Of a DNA stretch of 64,000 nt, positions 1 through 11,357 are shown piece after piece; within the stretch, counting starts at the first letter, position 1; every line of letters begins with the position of its first letter. Below the pieces are notes generated by a model, which was given only the letters and a program-made list of their open reading frames with translations, was not told the origin of the DNA and searched no databases. Made by a program: the position numbers and the translations under genes. The stretch comes from Opitutia bacterium (lineage in GTDB: Bacteria; Verrucomicrobiota; Verrucomicrobiia; Opitutales; T3Sed10-336): NCBI GenBank assembly GCA_050506795.1, contig JBJHCF010000001.1, positions 60,556-124,555 of the forward strand, given 5' to 3'.

Positions 1-141
1 TAAATCCTTGTTCATCAGCTTCACTGGATGTCAGGAGTTTTTCTCCCGACCCGATCCTGATCTCTTCGGTCATTATGGTGCTTTACATGGTTTTCGGGGC
101 CGGTTACAAGTTTTCCCTTTTCTCTCAGCCATCGAATTTTC

Positions 142-1479
142 ATGAAGCAACGCTCAATTCAGCGGGAAGTGACCGTAAAAGGAAAGGCCCTCCACACGGG
201 CGACGACGTCACGCTAACCCTGAAACCGGCCCCGGCGGGACACGGGATTATTTTTCGTCGCGTCGATATTTACAACAAACCGGAGATCCGGCCGCACGTT
301 TCCCTCGTTTCCGACCTGGTGCGCAGCACGACCCTGTCGTCCGGTCACACCAAGGTGCATACCGTGGAGCATGTTTTGAGCGCCCTGCACGGCTGCGGGA
401 TCGACAATGTGGTGATCGAGATGAACGCCAGCGAACCGCCCATCCTGGATGGATCGGCGCGGCCCTTTGTGGAGGCGATCAAGGAAGCGGTGCCGGTGGA
501 ACAGGACGCCGATCGCAAGTATTATGTGCTCGATGCCCCGGTTTCCGTGAGTCGCAACGCGTCCTCCATGGTGGCTCTGCCCTACGACGGTTTGAAGATT
601 TCCTGCACCTCGACCGACGACCGCGGGGTGCACACCCAGCACCTTTCGCTGGAAATCGATCCGGAGACCTACATGGAGCAGGTGGCGGCGGCGCGCACGT
701 TCACCATTTACGAGGAGATCGAGGAACTGCTGAGGATGGGTAAAATCCGCGGAGGCAGCCTGGAGAACGCGGTGGTGTTGAAAGGGGACAAGATCCTTTC
801 CAAGGAGCCCTTGCGGTTCAAGGACGAGTTCGTGCGTCACAAGATCCTCGATATTATCGGTGATATCTTTCTGCTCGGAGTCCCCATCAAGGCGCACATC
901 ATCGCCATGCGCCCCGGACACGCGGTGAATTCCGAGCTCACCCAGGCCTTGTTCGAACGAATGGACGAAGCCGGCAAAGCAAAGAAGACGAAACCGGCTC
1001 CGGGCAAACCCAAAGTGGTGGATCCGACGACGACTTCCCTCACCATCGGTGAGATTCTGGAGACCGTTCCGCACCGCTATCCGTTTGTGCTTATTGATCG
1101 GGTGGTGGAGTTTTCCGAAGATGATCGATTGACCGCGCTAAAGAACGTGACAATCAACGAACCGTACTTTCAGGGGCACTTTCCCGGTGAACCGGTCATG
1201 CCGGGAGTACTGCAGATCGAAGCCATGGCTCAGGCCGCCGGCCTCATGATGCTGCGCAAGATTAAGAATACCGCCAAGCTGGCCTACTTCATGAGTTGCG
1301 ACAAAGTGAAGTTCCGGAAGGCCGTCGTGCCGGGGGATCAATTGGTGATCGATGTGAAACTGCTCAAGTCGCGTGGAAATAAAATCGGCGTGGCGGAAGC
1401 GACCTGCAAGGTGAATGACAAGGTGGTTTCCTCGGCGGAATTGATGTTCCTTATCGCGGAACCGGGTGATGTCACCTGA
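142..1479 (+). CDS. lpxC/fabZ: bifunctional UDP-3-O-acyl-N-acetylglucosamine deacetylase / 3-hydroxyacyl-ACP dehydratase (LpxC-FabZ fusion)
   Basis: N-terminal LpxC-like sequence ([41 protein letters not shown]). C-terminal FabZ hot-dog motifs ([36 protein letters not shown]). ATG at 142. Confidence 0.9.
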   Translation: MKQRSIQREVTVKGKALHTGDDVTLTLKPAPAGHGIIFRRVDIYNKPEIRPHVSLVSDLVRSTTLSSGHTKVHTVEHVLSALHGCGIDNVVIEMNASEPPILDGSARPFVEAIKEAVPVEQDADRKYYVLDAPVSVSRNASSMVALPYDGLKISCTSTDDRGVHTQHLSLEIDPETYMEQVAAARTFTIYEEIEELLRMGKIRGGSLENAVVLKGDKILSKEPLRFKDEFVRHKILDIIGDIFLLGVPIKAHIIAMRPGHAVNSELTQALFERMDEAGKAKKTKPAPGKPKVVDPTTTSLTIGEILETVPHRYPFVLIDRVVEFSEDDRLTALKNVTINEPYFQGHFPGEPVMPGVLQIEAMAQAAGLMMLRKIKNTAKLAYFMSCDKVKFRKAVVPGDQLVIDVKLLKSRGNKIGVAEATCKVNDKVVSSAELMFLIAEPGDVT

Positions 1480-1497
1480 GATGATGATGAATCCGTT

Positions 1498-2289
1498 ATG
1501 ACCAGCGAGGCGATTCATCCCACGGCCATAATTGAATCCGGCGCCCGGTTGGAGAAGGGTGTCACCGTTGGCGCTTATGCTTATATCGGAGTGTCGGTTC
1601 AGATCGGGGCGGGAACGCGTGTGGGACACCATGCGGTGGTGGAGGGGCGGACTTCGATTGGCCGGGATTGCGAGATCTTTCCCTATGCCTGCCTAGGCCT
1701 TAAGACACAGGACCTGAAATATCGCGGGGGAAATCCGGGGTTGCGGATCGGCGACCGCAATGTCTTCCGCGAATTCTGCACCATTCACGCGGCCACGTTC
1801 GATGGGGACTTCACTGTGATCGGTGACGACAACCTTTTCCTGGCCTATTCGCATGTGGCGCACGACTGTCTGATAGGAAACAACGTGATCATGAGCAACA
1901 ACGCCACTCTGGCCGGTCACGTGCAGGTGGACGATCACGTCATTTTCGGCGGCTTGTCCGGCGCTCACCAGTTCTGCCGTATCGGGACGCGGGCCATGAT
2001 AGGAGGGTGTTCCAAGATTGTGCAGGATGTTCCGCCGTATCTCATTGCCGATGGCAATCCCGCTTTGATCCGCTCCTACAACAAAGTGGGTCTGGAGCGG
2101 GCCGGATACAGCCCGGAACAGATTTCCCGCATCAAAGAGGCGTACCGGATTTTTTACCGCCGGGGCCTGAACCGGTCGCAAGCTGTGGAGGCCCTGCGAG
2201 CACAAGGTTTGGAGCAACACCCGGAAACCGAACGGTTTGTGGCGTTCGTCGTCCACAGCGAACGCGGGTTTGTTCCCGGCGCGAAATAA
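1498..2289 (+). CDS. lpxA: acyl-ACP--UDP-N-acetylglucosamine O-acyltransferase
   Basis: Left-handed beta-helix hexapeptide repeats (IHPTAIIESGARLEKGVTVGAYAYIG). C-terminal LpxA helical domain. Sits directly after lpxC/fabZ. Confidence 0.9.
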   Translation: MTSEAIHPTAIIESGARLEKGVTVGAYAYIGVSVQIGAGTRVGHHAVVEGRTSIGRDCEIFPYACLGLKTQDLKYRGGNPGLRIGDRNVFREFCTIHAATFDGDFTVIGDDNLFLAYSHVAHDCLIGNNVIMSNNATLAGHVQVDDHVIFGGLSGAHQFCRIGTRAMIGGCSKIVQDVPPYLIADGNPALIRSYNKVGLERAGYSPEQISRIKEAYRIFYRRGLNRSQAVEALRAQGLEQHPETERFVAFVVHSERGFVPGAK

Positions 2290-2391
2290 CCCCAAAGATT
2301 GATTTTCCTCCGCGGGCGGGTAGGTTGGACGCTGTTTGTGTCCGCGCGACCACTTTCGGTGTCACTCGCGGGCGTACCTGAAACGTGAATT

Positions 2392-3915
2392 ATGGCAACG
2401 GAGAATATTATGGACGACGGACGAGATACGGGCGAGCAGGTAAATAGGAGTTGGGCCGGTTACATCCGGCCGGTAGCGCTGATTCTGCTTCTGGCTTTGG
2501 TGGGTGGCACCGGATTTGTCTGGCTCTCCTCCTCCGGGGCCGATTCCTACCTTGACGACGTGGTCGAGGTGCAACGCGGCGATATGACCATCACGGTGAC
2601 CGAAGCGGGCGTGTTGCGCAGCCGTGAACTCGTGACGGTGACCAATCGGGTCGAAGGACGAAGCACGATTCTCTGGATTATAGATGAAGGCGCCTACGTC
2701 GAGGAGGGCGACCTTTTGGTCGAATTGGATGCCAGCGAGTGGGAGGATCGTCTGGTGGGTCAGGAGATTTCGGTCGATAACGCGGAGGCGAATTATATTC
2801 AGGCCGAGCAGGAACTGAAAGTGACGCGCAGCCGGGTCGAAAGTGAAATCGCGGAAGCGGAGTTGGCGGCGCGATTTGCCCGGATGGATCTCGAAGTCTA
2901 CGTTGGGGATGAGGGCGAATACAACCAGACGGTGGAGCAGATGCGTTCCGATATCGACCTCGCACGCGAGGAACTGGTGCGTGCCGAGCAGGAATACGAA
3001 GATTCACGAATGTTGGCGGATCGTGGTTTCGTCACCGAACTGGAAATGGAGGGTGACCGCATCGCCATGCAGCGGGCTCAGATTTCACTGGATCTTGCCG
3101 AAAGCGAATACCGTTTGTTTCAGGACTACACCCATGACCGCAATCTCCAGGAATTGGAGAGCGGGGTTCAGGAAACCGCCGAGAGTCTGGAACGAACCCG
3201 GTTGCGCGGTGAATCGGATATCATTCAGGCCGAGGCCAACTACCGGGCCCGACGGTTGCGGTTTGAACAGGAGCAGCGCCGGCTGGATCATATTAGCGAT
3301 CAGATCGACAGAAGTCGCATGACGGCTCCGGTGGCCGGCATGGTGGTCTATGATTCAAGCGTCAATCCGGGCTGGCGCGGAAATCGTGAGCCTCTGGCTG
3401 AGGGCGATAGGGTCAGGCAACGGCGTGATCTCGTGCATATTCCGGCTTCCGACGGCATGATCGCCGATGTGTCGGTCCACGAATCCAGTTTAACCGAAAT
3501 CGAGGTCAGCATGCCGGCGGCGGTGTATGTGGATGCCCGTCCCGGAGAACGTTTCGAGGGAAGAGTGACTCGTATCGCGCCGATTCCCGATGCCCAGAGC
3601 ATTTGGCAAAATCCGGACCTGGTGGTGTATCAGACGCAGATTCAAGTGGATGCGGCGGGCCTGCGCACAGGAATGACCTGCCGCGTGGAGATTGTGGTGG
3701 CCGAGCTTGAGGACGTGATCAAGGTGCCCCTGAGCGCGGTGGCCGGTTCGGGGGATTATTATCAGGTGTGGGTTGCCACCGCTGAGGGGACGGAGATTCG
3801 ACCGGTCGAAATCGGGAGCGATGACGGTGAGTACGTGCACATCGAATCCGGACTCGAGGCCGGCGAGTTGATTCTCGCCGACCCTGTCGCCGCCCCCGCG
3901 GTGGCGCAATTATGA
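2392..3915 (+). CDS. HlyD-family / efflux periplasmic adaptor (membrane fusion protein)
   Basis: N-terminal TM (VALILLLALVGGTGFVWL), long coiled-coil hairpin region, C-terminal beta-barrel domain typical of MFPs. No cognate pump gene is adjacent. Confidence 0.7.
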   Translation: MATENIMDDGRDTGEQVNRSWAGYIRPVALILLLALVGGTGFVWLSSSGADSYLDDVVEVQRGDMTITVTEAGVLRSRELVTVTNRVEGRSTILWIIDEGAYVEEGDLLVELDASEWEDRLVGQEISVDNAEANYIQAEQELKVTRSRVESEIAEAELAARFARMDLEVYVGDEGEYNQTVEQMRSDIDLAREELVRAEQEYEDSRMLADRGFVTELEMEGDRIAMQRAQISLDLAESEYRLFQDYTHDRNLQELESGVQETAESLERTRLRGESDIIQAEANYRARRLRFEQEQRRLDHISDQIDRSRMTAPVAGMVVYDSSVNPGWRGNREPLAEGDRVRQRRDLVHIPASDGMIADVSVHESSLTEIEVSMPAAVYVDARPGERFEGRVTRIAPIPDAQSIWQNPDLVVYQTQIQVDAAGLRTGMTCRVEIVVAELEDVIKVPLSAVAGSGDYYQVWVATAEGTEIRPVEIGSDDGEYVHIESGLEAGELILADPVAAPAVAQL

Positions 3916-3922
3916 TCCTCCC

Positions 3923-5113
3923 TCAAAACCGGTGCCTCACTGGTCCGAGACTTACAATTGAGATGCCGATGAGAATCGCCGCGAACCACGCCACGGTGGT
4001 GGGAGCGTAGAGAGCGATTAGGTAAAACCCGAGAAAGGGAGCCAGAACGCCTCGTATGCCGGTGGTGAAGGTGTGCACGCTCATGTAGTCGGCCGCTTTG
4101 CCTTCGGGGGCGAGTTTGGTCACCCACAGGTTCCAGGCGATGTGGCCGCCGGCCGCACCGATGCCGAAAATGGCGGAGGCGATTCCGAGCACAATCAGAT
4201 TCTGGGAGTTGAAAAAGAGGAGTATCGCCACCAGGAAACAGCCGTTCAGCAGGGTGCGTATTACGATGAAGTTGATACGGTCAAAAAGGTAACCCCACAT
4301 ATGGGTGGTCAGCAGGCGCGAGACCGACGGGATAACCGCAGTCATCAGCGCGATCTGGGCATTGGTGGCGTTTATCCCGAAACGGGGTTGCGCCATGTAC
4401 TCCACTCGCAGCGGCAACGTCATGAGATTTCCGATGCCCATCAACATCCAGATCAGGAGCATCCAGCCGAAAACCTTGTCCGTCCAGGCCAGGCTGAGAT
4501 TGCCGAATGGGTTGCGTGACGCCTGGGCGGTGAGCGGATTGGAGGGCATGCGAGAAACCGCCCAGGCGGACACCAGACACGCGACCGCGAGGACCAGCAT
4601 GATGTAGGAGTAGTTGTTCAGATCCGCATCCAGCATACGTCCGCCGGCATAGGCGAACAGGGCGGACGCCAGGACGGCGATAAAGATGCTGTTGGACAGC
4701 AGGGAGCCTCGCCGGCTCGGGTGGTAGTTGTCGGAATAAATGTGAACCATGAACGGCACCTGCTGATGCAGAAGGAGGTACCCGAGCACCGTAGCCACGA
4801 CAAAGACGTACAGATTGCCCGTCCAGGCCGACACCAGCAAGGCGGTGCAGGCAAGGGTCAGAAAGAAACCCGCGGCCCGGGCCGCGGGCGTACGCAAACG
4901 TGAGACGAGATAGAGGCTGACCGGAGTCAGCAGCAACCCGTAGGGTCCGGCGCCGGCCAGGAGTGATTTCATGATCGGAGAAGCGTCGAAGACCCGCACC
5001 GCGATGAGCAGGACAAAGGTTTGCATTCCGGCTTCGAGAAACCCCTGGCAACCGCCCCGGACCAGATCGTACCGAAAGGTCAGTTGCGCCCGCCTCTTAC
5101 GATCGTCCTCCAT
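3923..5113 (-). CDS. MFS transporter
   Basis: 396 aa with about 12 hydrophobic segments and MFS-like topology. Substrate unknown. Confidence 0.6.
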   Translation of the reverse strand: MEDDRKRRAQLTFRYDLVRGGCQGFLEAGMQTFVLLIAVRVFDASPIMKSLLAGAGPYGLLLTPVSLYLVSRLRTPAARAAGFFLTLACTALLVSAWTGNLYVFVVATVLGYLLLHQQVPFMVHIYSDNYHPSRRGSLLSNSIFIAVLASALFAYAGGRMLDADLNNYSYIMLVLAVACLVSAWAVSRMPSNPLTAQASRNPFGNLSLAWTDKVFGWMLLIWMLMGIGNLMTLPLRVEYMAQPRFGINATNAQIALMTAVIPSVSRLLTTHMWGYLFDRINFIVIRTLLNGCFLVAILLFFNSQNLIVLGIASAIFGIGAAGGHIAWNLWVTKLAPEGKAADYMSVHTFTTGIRGVLAPFLGFYLIALYAPTTVAWFAAILIGISIVSLGPVRHRF

Positions 5114-5272
5114 GTGGTGAGCAAACCGGGAAAGAGCGCGATGGAAAAGGAAAAAGGTGTTTTATCCGTACCAGGGAATGCCCGGGGCGACAATCGAGGC
5201 ATGGTATTTAACAATAGATGCCCGGACGCGAATGGTATCCCGGAGTAAAGTTGAAAATCTGAATTACCCGAT

Positions 5273-5617
5273 ATGCACGAAGTCAGTCTCATGGCGCAGA
5301 TGCTTGAAATCGCGCGCTCCGAAGCGGCCAACGCCGGAGCCAGGAGGATCGACTTGATCCAGATTCGGGCCGGGGCGCTTTCGGGTGTCGTTCCGGAGGC
5401 GCTTCGCTTCGCTTTCGAGGTTCTGCGCGGCTCCGATGCGGTCACCGCCGGAGCCCGCATCGAAATCGAACCGGTGGCGGTCCGCTGCCGCTGTCGAACC
5501 TGCGGACGGGAATTCGAGCCGTCCGACGCGGTTTTCGTTTGTCCGGACTGCGAGAGTCCGGATGCGGAAATCCTTTCCGGCCGCGAATTGGAATTGACTC
5601 GGATGGAAGTCCTTTAA
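5273..5617 (+). CDS. hypA: hydrogenase nickel-insertion protein HypA
   Basis: Starts MHEVSL. Zn ribbon CRTCG...CPDCES. 114 aa. Confidence 0.9.
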   Translation: MHEVSLMAQMLEIARSEAANAGARRIDLIQIRAGALSGVVPEALRFAFEVLRGSDAVTAGARIEIEPVAVRCRCRTCGREFEPSDAVFVCPDCESPDAEILSGRELELTRMEVL

Positions 5618-5648
5618 CCCCAGATCCAACGGCGAACTCAGGAGTTTT

Positions 5649-6512
5649 ATGTGTGAATCGTGCGGCTGTAACCGGGAAGAAGATTTTGGGTTGTCCACCG
5701 GTAAGGAGGGCGGAACTGGGTTTCACGTTCATCGAAACGCGGACGGGCACCTGCACGTTCATCGGCACCAGCCCGGGGAACACGCCGGACCGAACCCGGA
5801 AGACGGCGGTCACACCGCGTCCACCCGCCGGGTGGAGGTTCGTCAGTCGGTGCTGTCCGCCAACGATCGGCAGGCGGAAAGGAATCGCGGATTTTTCCAG
5901 GCCAGGAACGTTCGGGTTCTCAACCTGATGTCGTCACCTGGTGCGGGCAAGACCACCTTGCTGGAACGGACGTTGCGGGATTTGTCGGGGTTCGTTCGCA
6001 TGGCGGTTATTGTCGGCGATCTGGCGACCGAGAACGATGCCCGGCGTCTGCGGGAGCACGGCGCCGAAGTGATACAGGTGACCACCGGAACGTTGTGTCA
6101 CCTCGATGCCGGCATGGTTCGTTCGGCATTGGACGCGATTGACCTGGATAAGGTGGACCTCCTGTTGATTGAGAACGTGGGTAACCTCGTTTGCCCCGCT
6201 TCCTTCGATCTGGGAGAGTCCGGCCGGGTGGTTTTGCTGTCGGTGACCGAAGGGGAGGACAAACCGTTGAAATACCCGCCGATTTTCAAGGCCGCCGACC
6301 TGGTGGTTCTGACGAAAACCGATCTACAGGAGGCGGCGGGCTATGACCGCGACCTCGCCTTGGAGACCCTGCGAAGCGTGGCTCCGCAGGCTCGAGTTAT
6401 CGAGGTTTCCGCTCGCAGCGGAGACGGCTTGGAGGATTGGGGACGGTATATCGCGGAGGAGACGAGGGTGTATGAAAACCTCAGGAAAGGCGTCCAGAGT
6501 TGTGGAGAGTAG
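5649..6512 (+). CDS. hypB: hydrogenase nickel-incorporation GTPase HypB
   Basis: N-terminal CxxCGC (MCESCGC) plus a His-rich stretch, and P-loop SSPGAGKTTLL. AGGAG at 5640-5644 lies upstream of the ATG. Confidence 0.9.
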   Translation: MCESCGCNREEDFGLSTGKEGGTGFHVHRNADGHLHVHRHQPGEHAGPNPEDGGHTASTRRVEVRQSVLSANDRQAERNRGFFQARNVRVLNLMSSPGAGKTTLLERTLRDLSGFVRMAVIVGDLATENDARRLREHGAEVIQVTTGTLCHLDAGMVRSALDAIDLDKVDLLLIENVGNLVCPASFDLGESGRVVLLSVTEGEDKPLKYPPIFKAADLVVLTKTDLQEAAGYDRDLALETLRSVAPQARVIEVSARSGDGLEDWGRYIAEETRVYENLRKGVQSCGE

Positions 6513-8859
6513 CTTTCCGGACGAAACTTCCTTGGTGGAACTCCGGTGCCGGGTGCGCGGTGTTGTTCAGGGTGTGGGATTTCGACCGTTTGCCTACCGT
6601 TTGGCCGGTCGTTTTGGTGTTCTGGGTTGGGTGGGAAATGATCCCGGAGGTGTGAGGCTGCGGCTGTACGCGACGAATGAGCGGCTGCAATGGTTTCAGA
6701 AAGCACTTGTCAGCGAAGCGCCTCCGGGAGCACGGGTGGATGGCCTCGAAACGGTGGATGGCGTGGATGGTCTTTGGCCTCCGCTTCCGGATGAAAGGTT
6801 TGTTATATTGCCGAGCGATAGCAGCGTTCCGATAGAGACGGAACTGCCACCCGACCTCGCGGTTTGCGGGGACTGTCTTCGCGAAATGCGGGATCCTTCG
6901 GATCGGAGGTACCGTTATCCGTTTATCAGTTGCGCCCATTGCGGTCCCCGTTATTCCATCATCGAAAACATTCCTTATGATCGCGATCAGACGACCATGC
7001 GGGGTTTTGTGATGTGTCAGGAGTGTCGTGCGGAATACGAGGACCCCGCCGACCGCCGTTTCCACGCCCAGCCAATTGCGTGTCCGCATTGCGGACCGAG
7101 TTTGAGCTACCACGAAGGTATGGAAAACCCGGTCCGTCATGGCGAACCCGCGTTGCGGGGCGCGGTCGATTGTTTGCGGGCCGGCGGTATTATTGCGGTA
7201 AAGGGGGTGGGCGGATTCCACCTGATGTGTGATCCGGGCAACGATGAAGCGGTCGCTGCCCTGCGTGCGAGAAAGGGCCGGGAGGAGAAACCGTTTGCGC
7301 TGATGGCGCCTTCTCGCCTGGCTGCGCGGCGGCTTTGCCGTTTTTCTCCCGTGGAAGAAACCGTGCTGACTTCGGTGCGGGCGCCGATCGTGCTTGCCGT
7401 TCGACAGCCGGATTCGGTGTACCGAATCAGCGACCTGGTGGCGCCTAAGAATCAGCTTTACGGGGTGATGTTGCCGTATTCCCCCCTGCACCACCTGATT
7501 GTTGATTCCTGGCTTGGCTTCCTGGTGGCTACCAGCGGGAATCTTTCCGAGGAACCGATTTGTATCGACAATGCCGATGCGATGAGGCGTCTGGCGGGAA
7601 TCGCAGATGGCTTTCTCATGCACAACCGTCCGATCGCGCGCCCGTTGGACGATTCCGTGGTGCGGGTCATGCGAAATGAGCCGGTAATTCTTCGTCGGGC
7701 CCGGGGTTACGCACCGGGCTCGGCGCCGGCTCAGTCCCGGTTGCCTTCTCTTCTGGCGACCGGCGGTCAGCTCAAGAACACTTTGGCGGTGACGGCCGGA
7801 GGCCGGATGTTTCCCAGCCAGCATATCGGCGACCTTTCCACTCGCGAGGCCCGTGCCTTGTTCGAGGAAGAGGCTTCCAGTTTGTCGCGGCTATACGCGG
7901 TTAAGCCGGAGGCAGTCGCCTGTGATCTTCATCCAGAATACGCCTCGACCCTCTGGGCGGAGCGTCAGGGGCTGCCGGTGGTGCGGGTCCAGCATCACCG
8001 GGCCCATGTGCTTTCCTGTATCAGCGACAACAAACTGTCGGGTTCAGTACTGGGAGTCGCCTGGGATGGGTCCGGGTACGGGCCGGATGGGGTCATTTGG
8101 GGAGGGGAGTGGCTGCAATGCGCGGCCGGGAGTTCCAGCTGGCGCCGGGTGGCTTGTTTTCGTGAGTTCCTTTTGCCGGGTGGAGACGCCGCTATTCGGC
8201 GCCCGGCGTTGAGCGCGCTCGGTTTGCTCTGGGAGGCCTATGGCAACCGCTCGTTTCCCGGCGACACTTTAGGCGAGCGACTGGGAATAGGAGAACGGGA
8301 AATGGGAATTCTGGTGAAAATGCTGTCACGACGCCTTCGGACACCCGCGACCACCAGCGCCGGACGGTTGTTCGATGGCGTCGCCGCGCTGCTGGGAATG
8401 GAAACCACGATTTCCTACGAGGGGCAGGCGGCAATGAGGGTGGAAGAGTTGGCCGGTCGGTCCGCGGACGGCGGCGAATATCCGTTCGATTGTCTGACCG
8501 CCGCGCGCAATGGTAATCCGGAGATCTATCCGGAACTGGTGGTGGATTGGATTCCCATGCTGCGGGCGATCCTGAGGGAAATCGATCGCAACGTACCGAG
8601 GGCGACCGTTGCGCGCAGGTTTCACAATACGCTCGCGCGGATGATCGCCGTGGTCGCCAGAAAGAGACCGGACCTTCCAGTCGTGCTCACCGGAGGTTGT
8701 TTCCAGAACAAGCTTTTATACGAAAGCACGGCTGCGCTACTCGAGAAAGAAGGCATCGCCGTTTACGGCCACCGCGACATTCCGCCCAACGATGGAGGCC
8801 TTTCGACCGGCCAGCTTCTGGCCGCCGCCGGCCTTACGCCCGACAACTTGCCATCCTGA
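6472..8859 (+). CDS. hypF: carbamoyltransferase HypF
   Basis: Acylphosphatase domain (VRGVVQGVGFRPFAYRLA), two Zn-finger pairs (CGDC...CAHCGPRYS; CQEC...CPHCGP), then YrdC-like and Kae1-like domains. The ORF opens at 6343 but that part overlaps hypB, so ATG 6472 was chosen. The start is uncertain. Confidence 0.88.
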   Translation: MKTSGKASRVVESSFPDETSLVELRCRVRGVVQGVGFRPFAYRLAGRFGVLGWVGNDPGGVRLRLYATNERLQWFQKALVSEAPPGARVDGLETVDGVDGLWPPLPDERFVILPSDSSVPIETELPPDLAVCGDCLREMRDPSDRRYRYPFISCAHCGPRYSIIENIPYDRDQTTMRGFVMCQECRAEYEDPADRRFHAQPIACPHCGPSLSYHEGMENPVRHGEPALRGAVDCLRAGGIIAVKGVGGFHLMCDPGNDEAVAALRARKGREEKPFALMAPSRLAARRLCRFSPVEETVLTSVRAPIVLAVRQPDSVYRISDLVAPKNQLYGVMLPYSPLHHLIVDSWLGFLVATSGNLSEEPICIDNADAMRRLAGIADGFLMHNRPIARPLDDSVVRVMRNEPVILRRARGYAPGSAPAQSRLPSLLATGGQLKNTLAVTAGGRMFPSQHIGDLSTREARALFEEEASSLSRLYAVKPEAVACDLHPEYASTLWAERQGLPVVRVQHHRAHVLSCISDNKLSGSVLGVAWDGSGYGPDGVIWGGEWLQCAAGSSSWRRVACFREFLLPGGDAAIRRPALSALGLLWEAYGNRSFPGDTLGERLGIGEREMGILVKMLSRRLRTPATTSAGRLFDGVAALLGMETTISYEGQAAMRVEELAGRSADGGEYPFDCLTAARNGNPEIYPELVVDWIPMLRAILREIDRNVPRATVARRFHNTLARMIAVVARKRPDLPVVLTGGCFQNKLLYESTAALLEKEGIAVYGHRDIPPNDGGLSTGQLLAAAGLTPDNLPS

Positions 8860-8896
8860 TGACGTCATGATCTTATAAACTCAACCCTTGCCATCA

Positions 8897-9157
8897 ATGT
8901 GCCTCGCGATTCCAGGAAAAGTTCTCTCGATCTCCGGTGAGACGCCGTTTGATTTGAAAGGCCGCGTCAGCTTCGGAGGATTGATCAAAGAGGTCAGCCT
9001 GGCCTGTGTTCCCGATGTTCTCCCGGGCGAGTACGTCATCGTTCATGTCGGTTTCGCTTTGAGCAAGCTCGACGAGCAGGAGGCGCGGCGCGTTTTCGCC
9101 TACCTGGAGGAAAATGAGGACCTCGACGAACTGAATGCGGGAGAGGAGGCGCCTTGA
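8897..9157 (+). CDS. hypC: hydrogenase assembly chaperone HypC/HupF
   Basis: Starts MCLAIPGKV, with the essential Cys2. The track start at 8888 is a TTG 3 codons upstream. Confidence 0.9.
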   Translation: MCLAIPGKVLSISGETPFDLKGRVSFGGLIKEVSLACVPDVLPGEYVIVHVGFALSKLDEQEARRVFAYLEENEDLDELNAGEEAP

Positions 9158-10266
9158 AGTATATCGATGAATACCGTGATGCCGCCGACGCCAAACGCCT
9201 GGCTGAAGCGATCGAGAGTATTGTCACCCGGCCGTGGAATATCATGGAGGTGTGCGGCGGGCAGACCCACGCCATTATTCGGTTTGGGGTGGAGCGGCTT
9301 CTGCCGAAGGAGGTCAACCTGATCCATGGCCCCGGTTGCCCGGTTTGTGTGACGCCTCTGGAGCTGATTGATCGCGCCATCGAGCTGGCCCGGCGTCCCG
9401 AGGTGACTCTTTGCTCCTTCGGAGACATGCTCCGGGTTCCCGGCTCGGAATGCGATCTCCTGACGGTTAAAGCGGACGGCGGCCAGGTGAAGGTGGTCTA
9501 TTCTCCCCTGGACGCCCTGGAATTCGCCCGGGCGAACCCGAATCGGGAAGTGGTTTTTTTCGCGGTGGGATTTGAAACCACCGCCCCCGCCAACGCCTTT
9601 GCTGTGTTTCAGGCGAAACGGCTGCAGGTGCCGAATTTTTCCCTGCTGGTTTCCCACGTGCTGGTTCCTCCAGCCATGGAGGCGATCTTAGGATCGGCCG
9701 AGAATCGCGTTCAGGGTTTCCTCGGCGCCGGGCATGTCTGCACCGTAATGGGTCTCGAAGAATACCGGCCGTTGGCCGAACGGTATAGGGTTCCGATTGT
9801 GGTGACCGGTTTTGAGCCGATCGATATCCTGCAGGGCATCTTCATGTGTGTGAAACAACTGGAGGAGGGCAGGGCGGTAGTGGAAAATCAATACGCCCGC
9901 TCGGTGCGGCCGCAGGGGAATCCGCACGCGGTGGAACTGATACAGGAGGTGTTCGAACCCGGTCCACGCCAGTGGCGGGGAATCGGAGAAATTCCCCTGA
10001 GCGGACTACATTTGCGAGCGCCTTACCGGGAATTCGATGCCGAGCGGCGGTTCACTTTGCAAAACCGCACCAGCGAGGAACCATCCGAATGTATCAGCGG
10101 CCTGGTTCTGCAGGGACGAAAGAAACCATTTGAATGCCCGGCCTTTGGCACGCGCTGCACTCCGGAGCGTCCGCTGGGTGCTCCCATGGTCTCGGCGGAA
10201 GGCGCCTGCGCGGCTTATTATCGGTATCGAACTGTTGGTGACACGGGGGAGGCGGTGAATTCATGA
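9154..10266 (+). CDS. hypD: hydrogenase formation protein HypD
   Basis: [17 protein letters not shown] and FETTAP motifs. TTG start overlaps the hypC stop (TTGA). Confidence 0.9.
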   Translation: MKYIDEYRDAADAKRLAEAIESIVTRPWNIMEVCGGQTHAIIRFGVERLLPKEVNLIHGPGCPVCVTPLELIDRAIELARRPEVTLCSFGDMLRVPGSECDLLTVKADGGQVKVVYSPLDALEFARANPNREVVFFAVGFETTAPANAFAVFQAKRLQVPNFSLLVSHVLVPPAMEAILGSAENRVQGFLGAGHVCTVMGLEEYRPLAERYRVPIVVTGFEPIDILQGIFMCVKQLEEGRAVVENQYARSVRPQGNPHAVELIQEVFEPGPRQWRGIGEIPLSGLHLRAPYREFDAERRFTLQNRTSEEPSECISGLVLQGRKKPFECPAFGTRCTPERPLGAPMVSAEGACAAYYRYRTVGDTGEAVNS

Positions 10267-11357
10267 GTGATTCCTCCGGCAAACCTTCTGGAACTCAAGG
10301 GAGCCTTCCGGAGAGCGGGGTCACCTGTCCGGTTCCGCTTTCCAAATGGAGCGCGGTACAGATGGCCCATGGAGGCGGGGGGCGCGTTTCCCGGGAGTTG
10401 ATGGAGAGTCTCTTTCTTCCGGCGTTTTCCAATCCGGCGCTGGATATTCTGCATGACGGCGCCCTGCTCACTTTGGGCGCGGAGCGGTTGGCTTTCACTA
10501 CCGACTCCCACGTGGTCAGTCCATTGTTTTTTCCCGGCGGCGACATCGGCAAACTGGCGGTTTGCGGCACGGTGAACGACCTGGCGATGTGTGGTGCGCG
10601 CCCGCTCTGGCTGAGCGCCGGATTTATCATGGAGGAAGGTTTGCCCATGGAGACCCTGAAAAGGGTGGTGGATTCCATGCGCGAAGCAGCGGCTGAGTCC
10701 GGGGTTCAACTGGTCACGGGGGATACCAAGGTGGTCGATCGAGGGAAGGGAGACGGACTGTTTATCAACACCGCCGGTATCGGTCGGATCGAGGGCCGGG
10801 GTGTCTCGCCCGGTGAGATTCGGTCGGGAGACGTGATTCTGCTCAGCGGCGACCTGGCGCGGCACGGCATCGCCGTTATGGCTCAGCGCGAGGATCTGGC
10901 TTTTGAGGGCGATATCGAAAGCGATTGCGCGTCGCTCGTGGACCCGGTGATGGCCCTGCTGGAAGCGGAGATTGAAGTCCATTGCCTGCGTGATCTCACG
11001 CGAGGAGGGCTGGCGACGGCCCTGGTGGAATTGGCCCGCTCGGCCGGATGGCAGTTTCGCATCCGCGAAGGGCTGTTGCCGGTGCAGGAAACCATTCGCG
11101 GCGCCTGCGAAATTTTGGGACTGGACCCGCTTTACGTGGCGAACGAAGGCCGTTTCGTGGCCATTCTTTCCGAACACCACGCGGCGCGTGCCCTGGAGAT
11201 CCTGCGGACCTTTGCCACCACAGCCGGCGCGCGAATCATCGGACAGGTGCACAGCTTGTCGAAAAACGCCTCCGGCGGGGTCACTCTGACCAGCTCAATC
11301 GGAGTCGACCGGGTGGTCGACTTTCTCAGCGGCGAGCAGCTGCCCCGGATCTGCTGA
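10263..11357 (+). CDS. hypE: hydrogenase expression/formation protein HypE
   Basis: AIR-synthase-like fold and the C-terminal PRIC motif. ATGA overlap with hypD. Confidence 0.9.
   Translation: MSDSSGKPSGTQGSLPESGVTCPVPLSKWSAVQMAHGGGGRVSRELMESLFLPAFSNPALDILHDGALLTLGAERLAFTTDSHVVSPLFFPGGDIGKLAVCGTVNDLAMCGARPLWLSAGFIMEEGLPMETLKRVVDSMREAAAESGVQLVTGDTKVVDRGKGDGLFINTAGIGRIEGRGVSPGEIRSGDVILLSGDLARHGIAVMAQREDLAFEGDIESDCASLVDPVMALLEAEIEVHCLRDLTRGGLATALVELARSAGWQFRIREGLLPVQETIRGACEILGLDPLYVANEGRFVAILSEHHAARALEILRTFATTAGARIIGQVHSLSKNASGGVTLTSSIGVDRVVDFLSGEQLPRIC

Noticed and set aside
1-73. Possible 5' end of a minus-strand gene (ATG at 71-73 reading [24 protein letters not shown]) leaving the window
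   Set aside because: Only 24 codons are visible and no recognisable motif is present. It cannot be supported.
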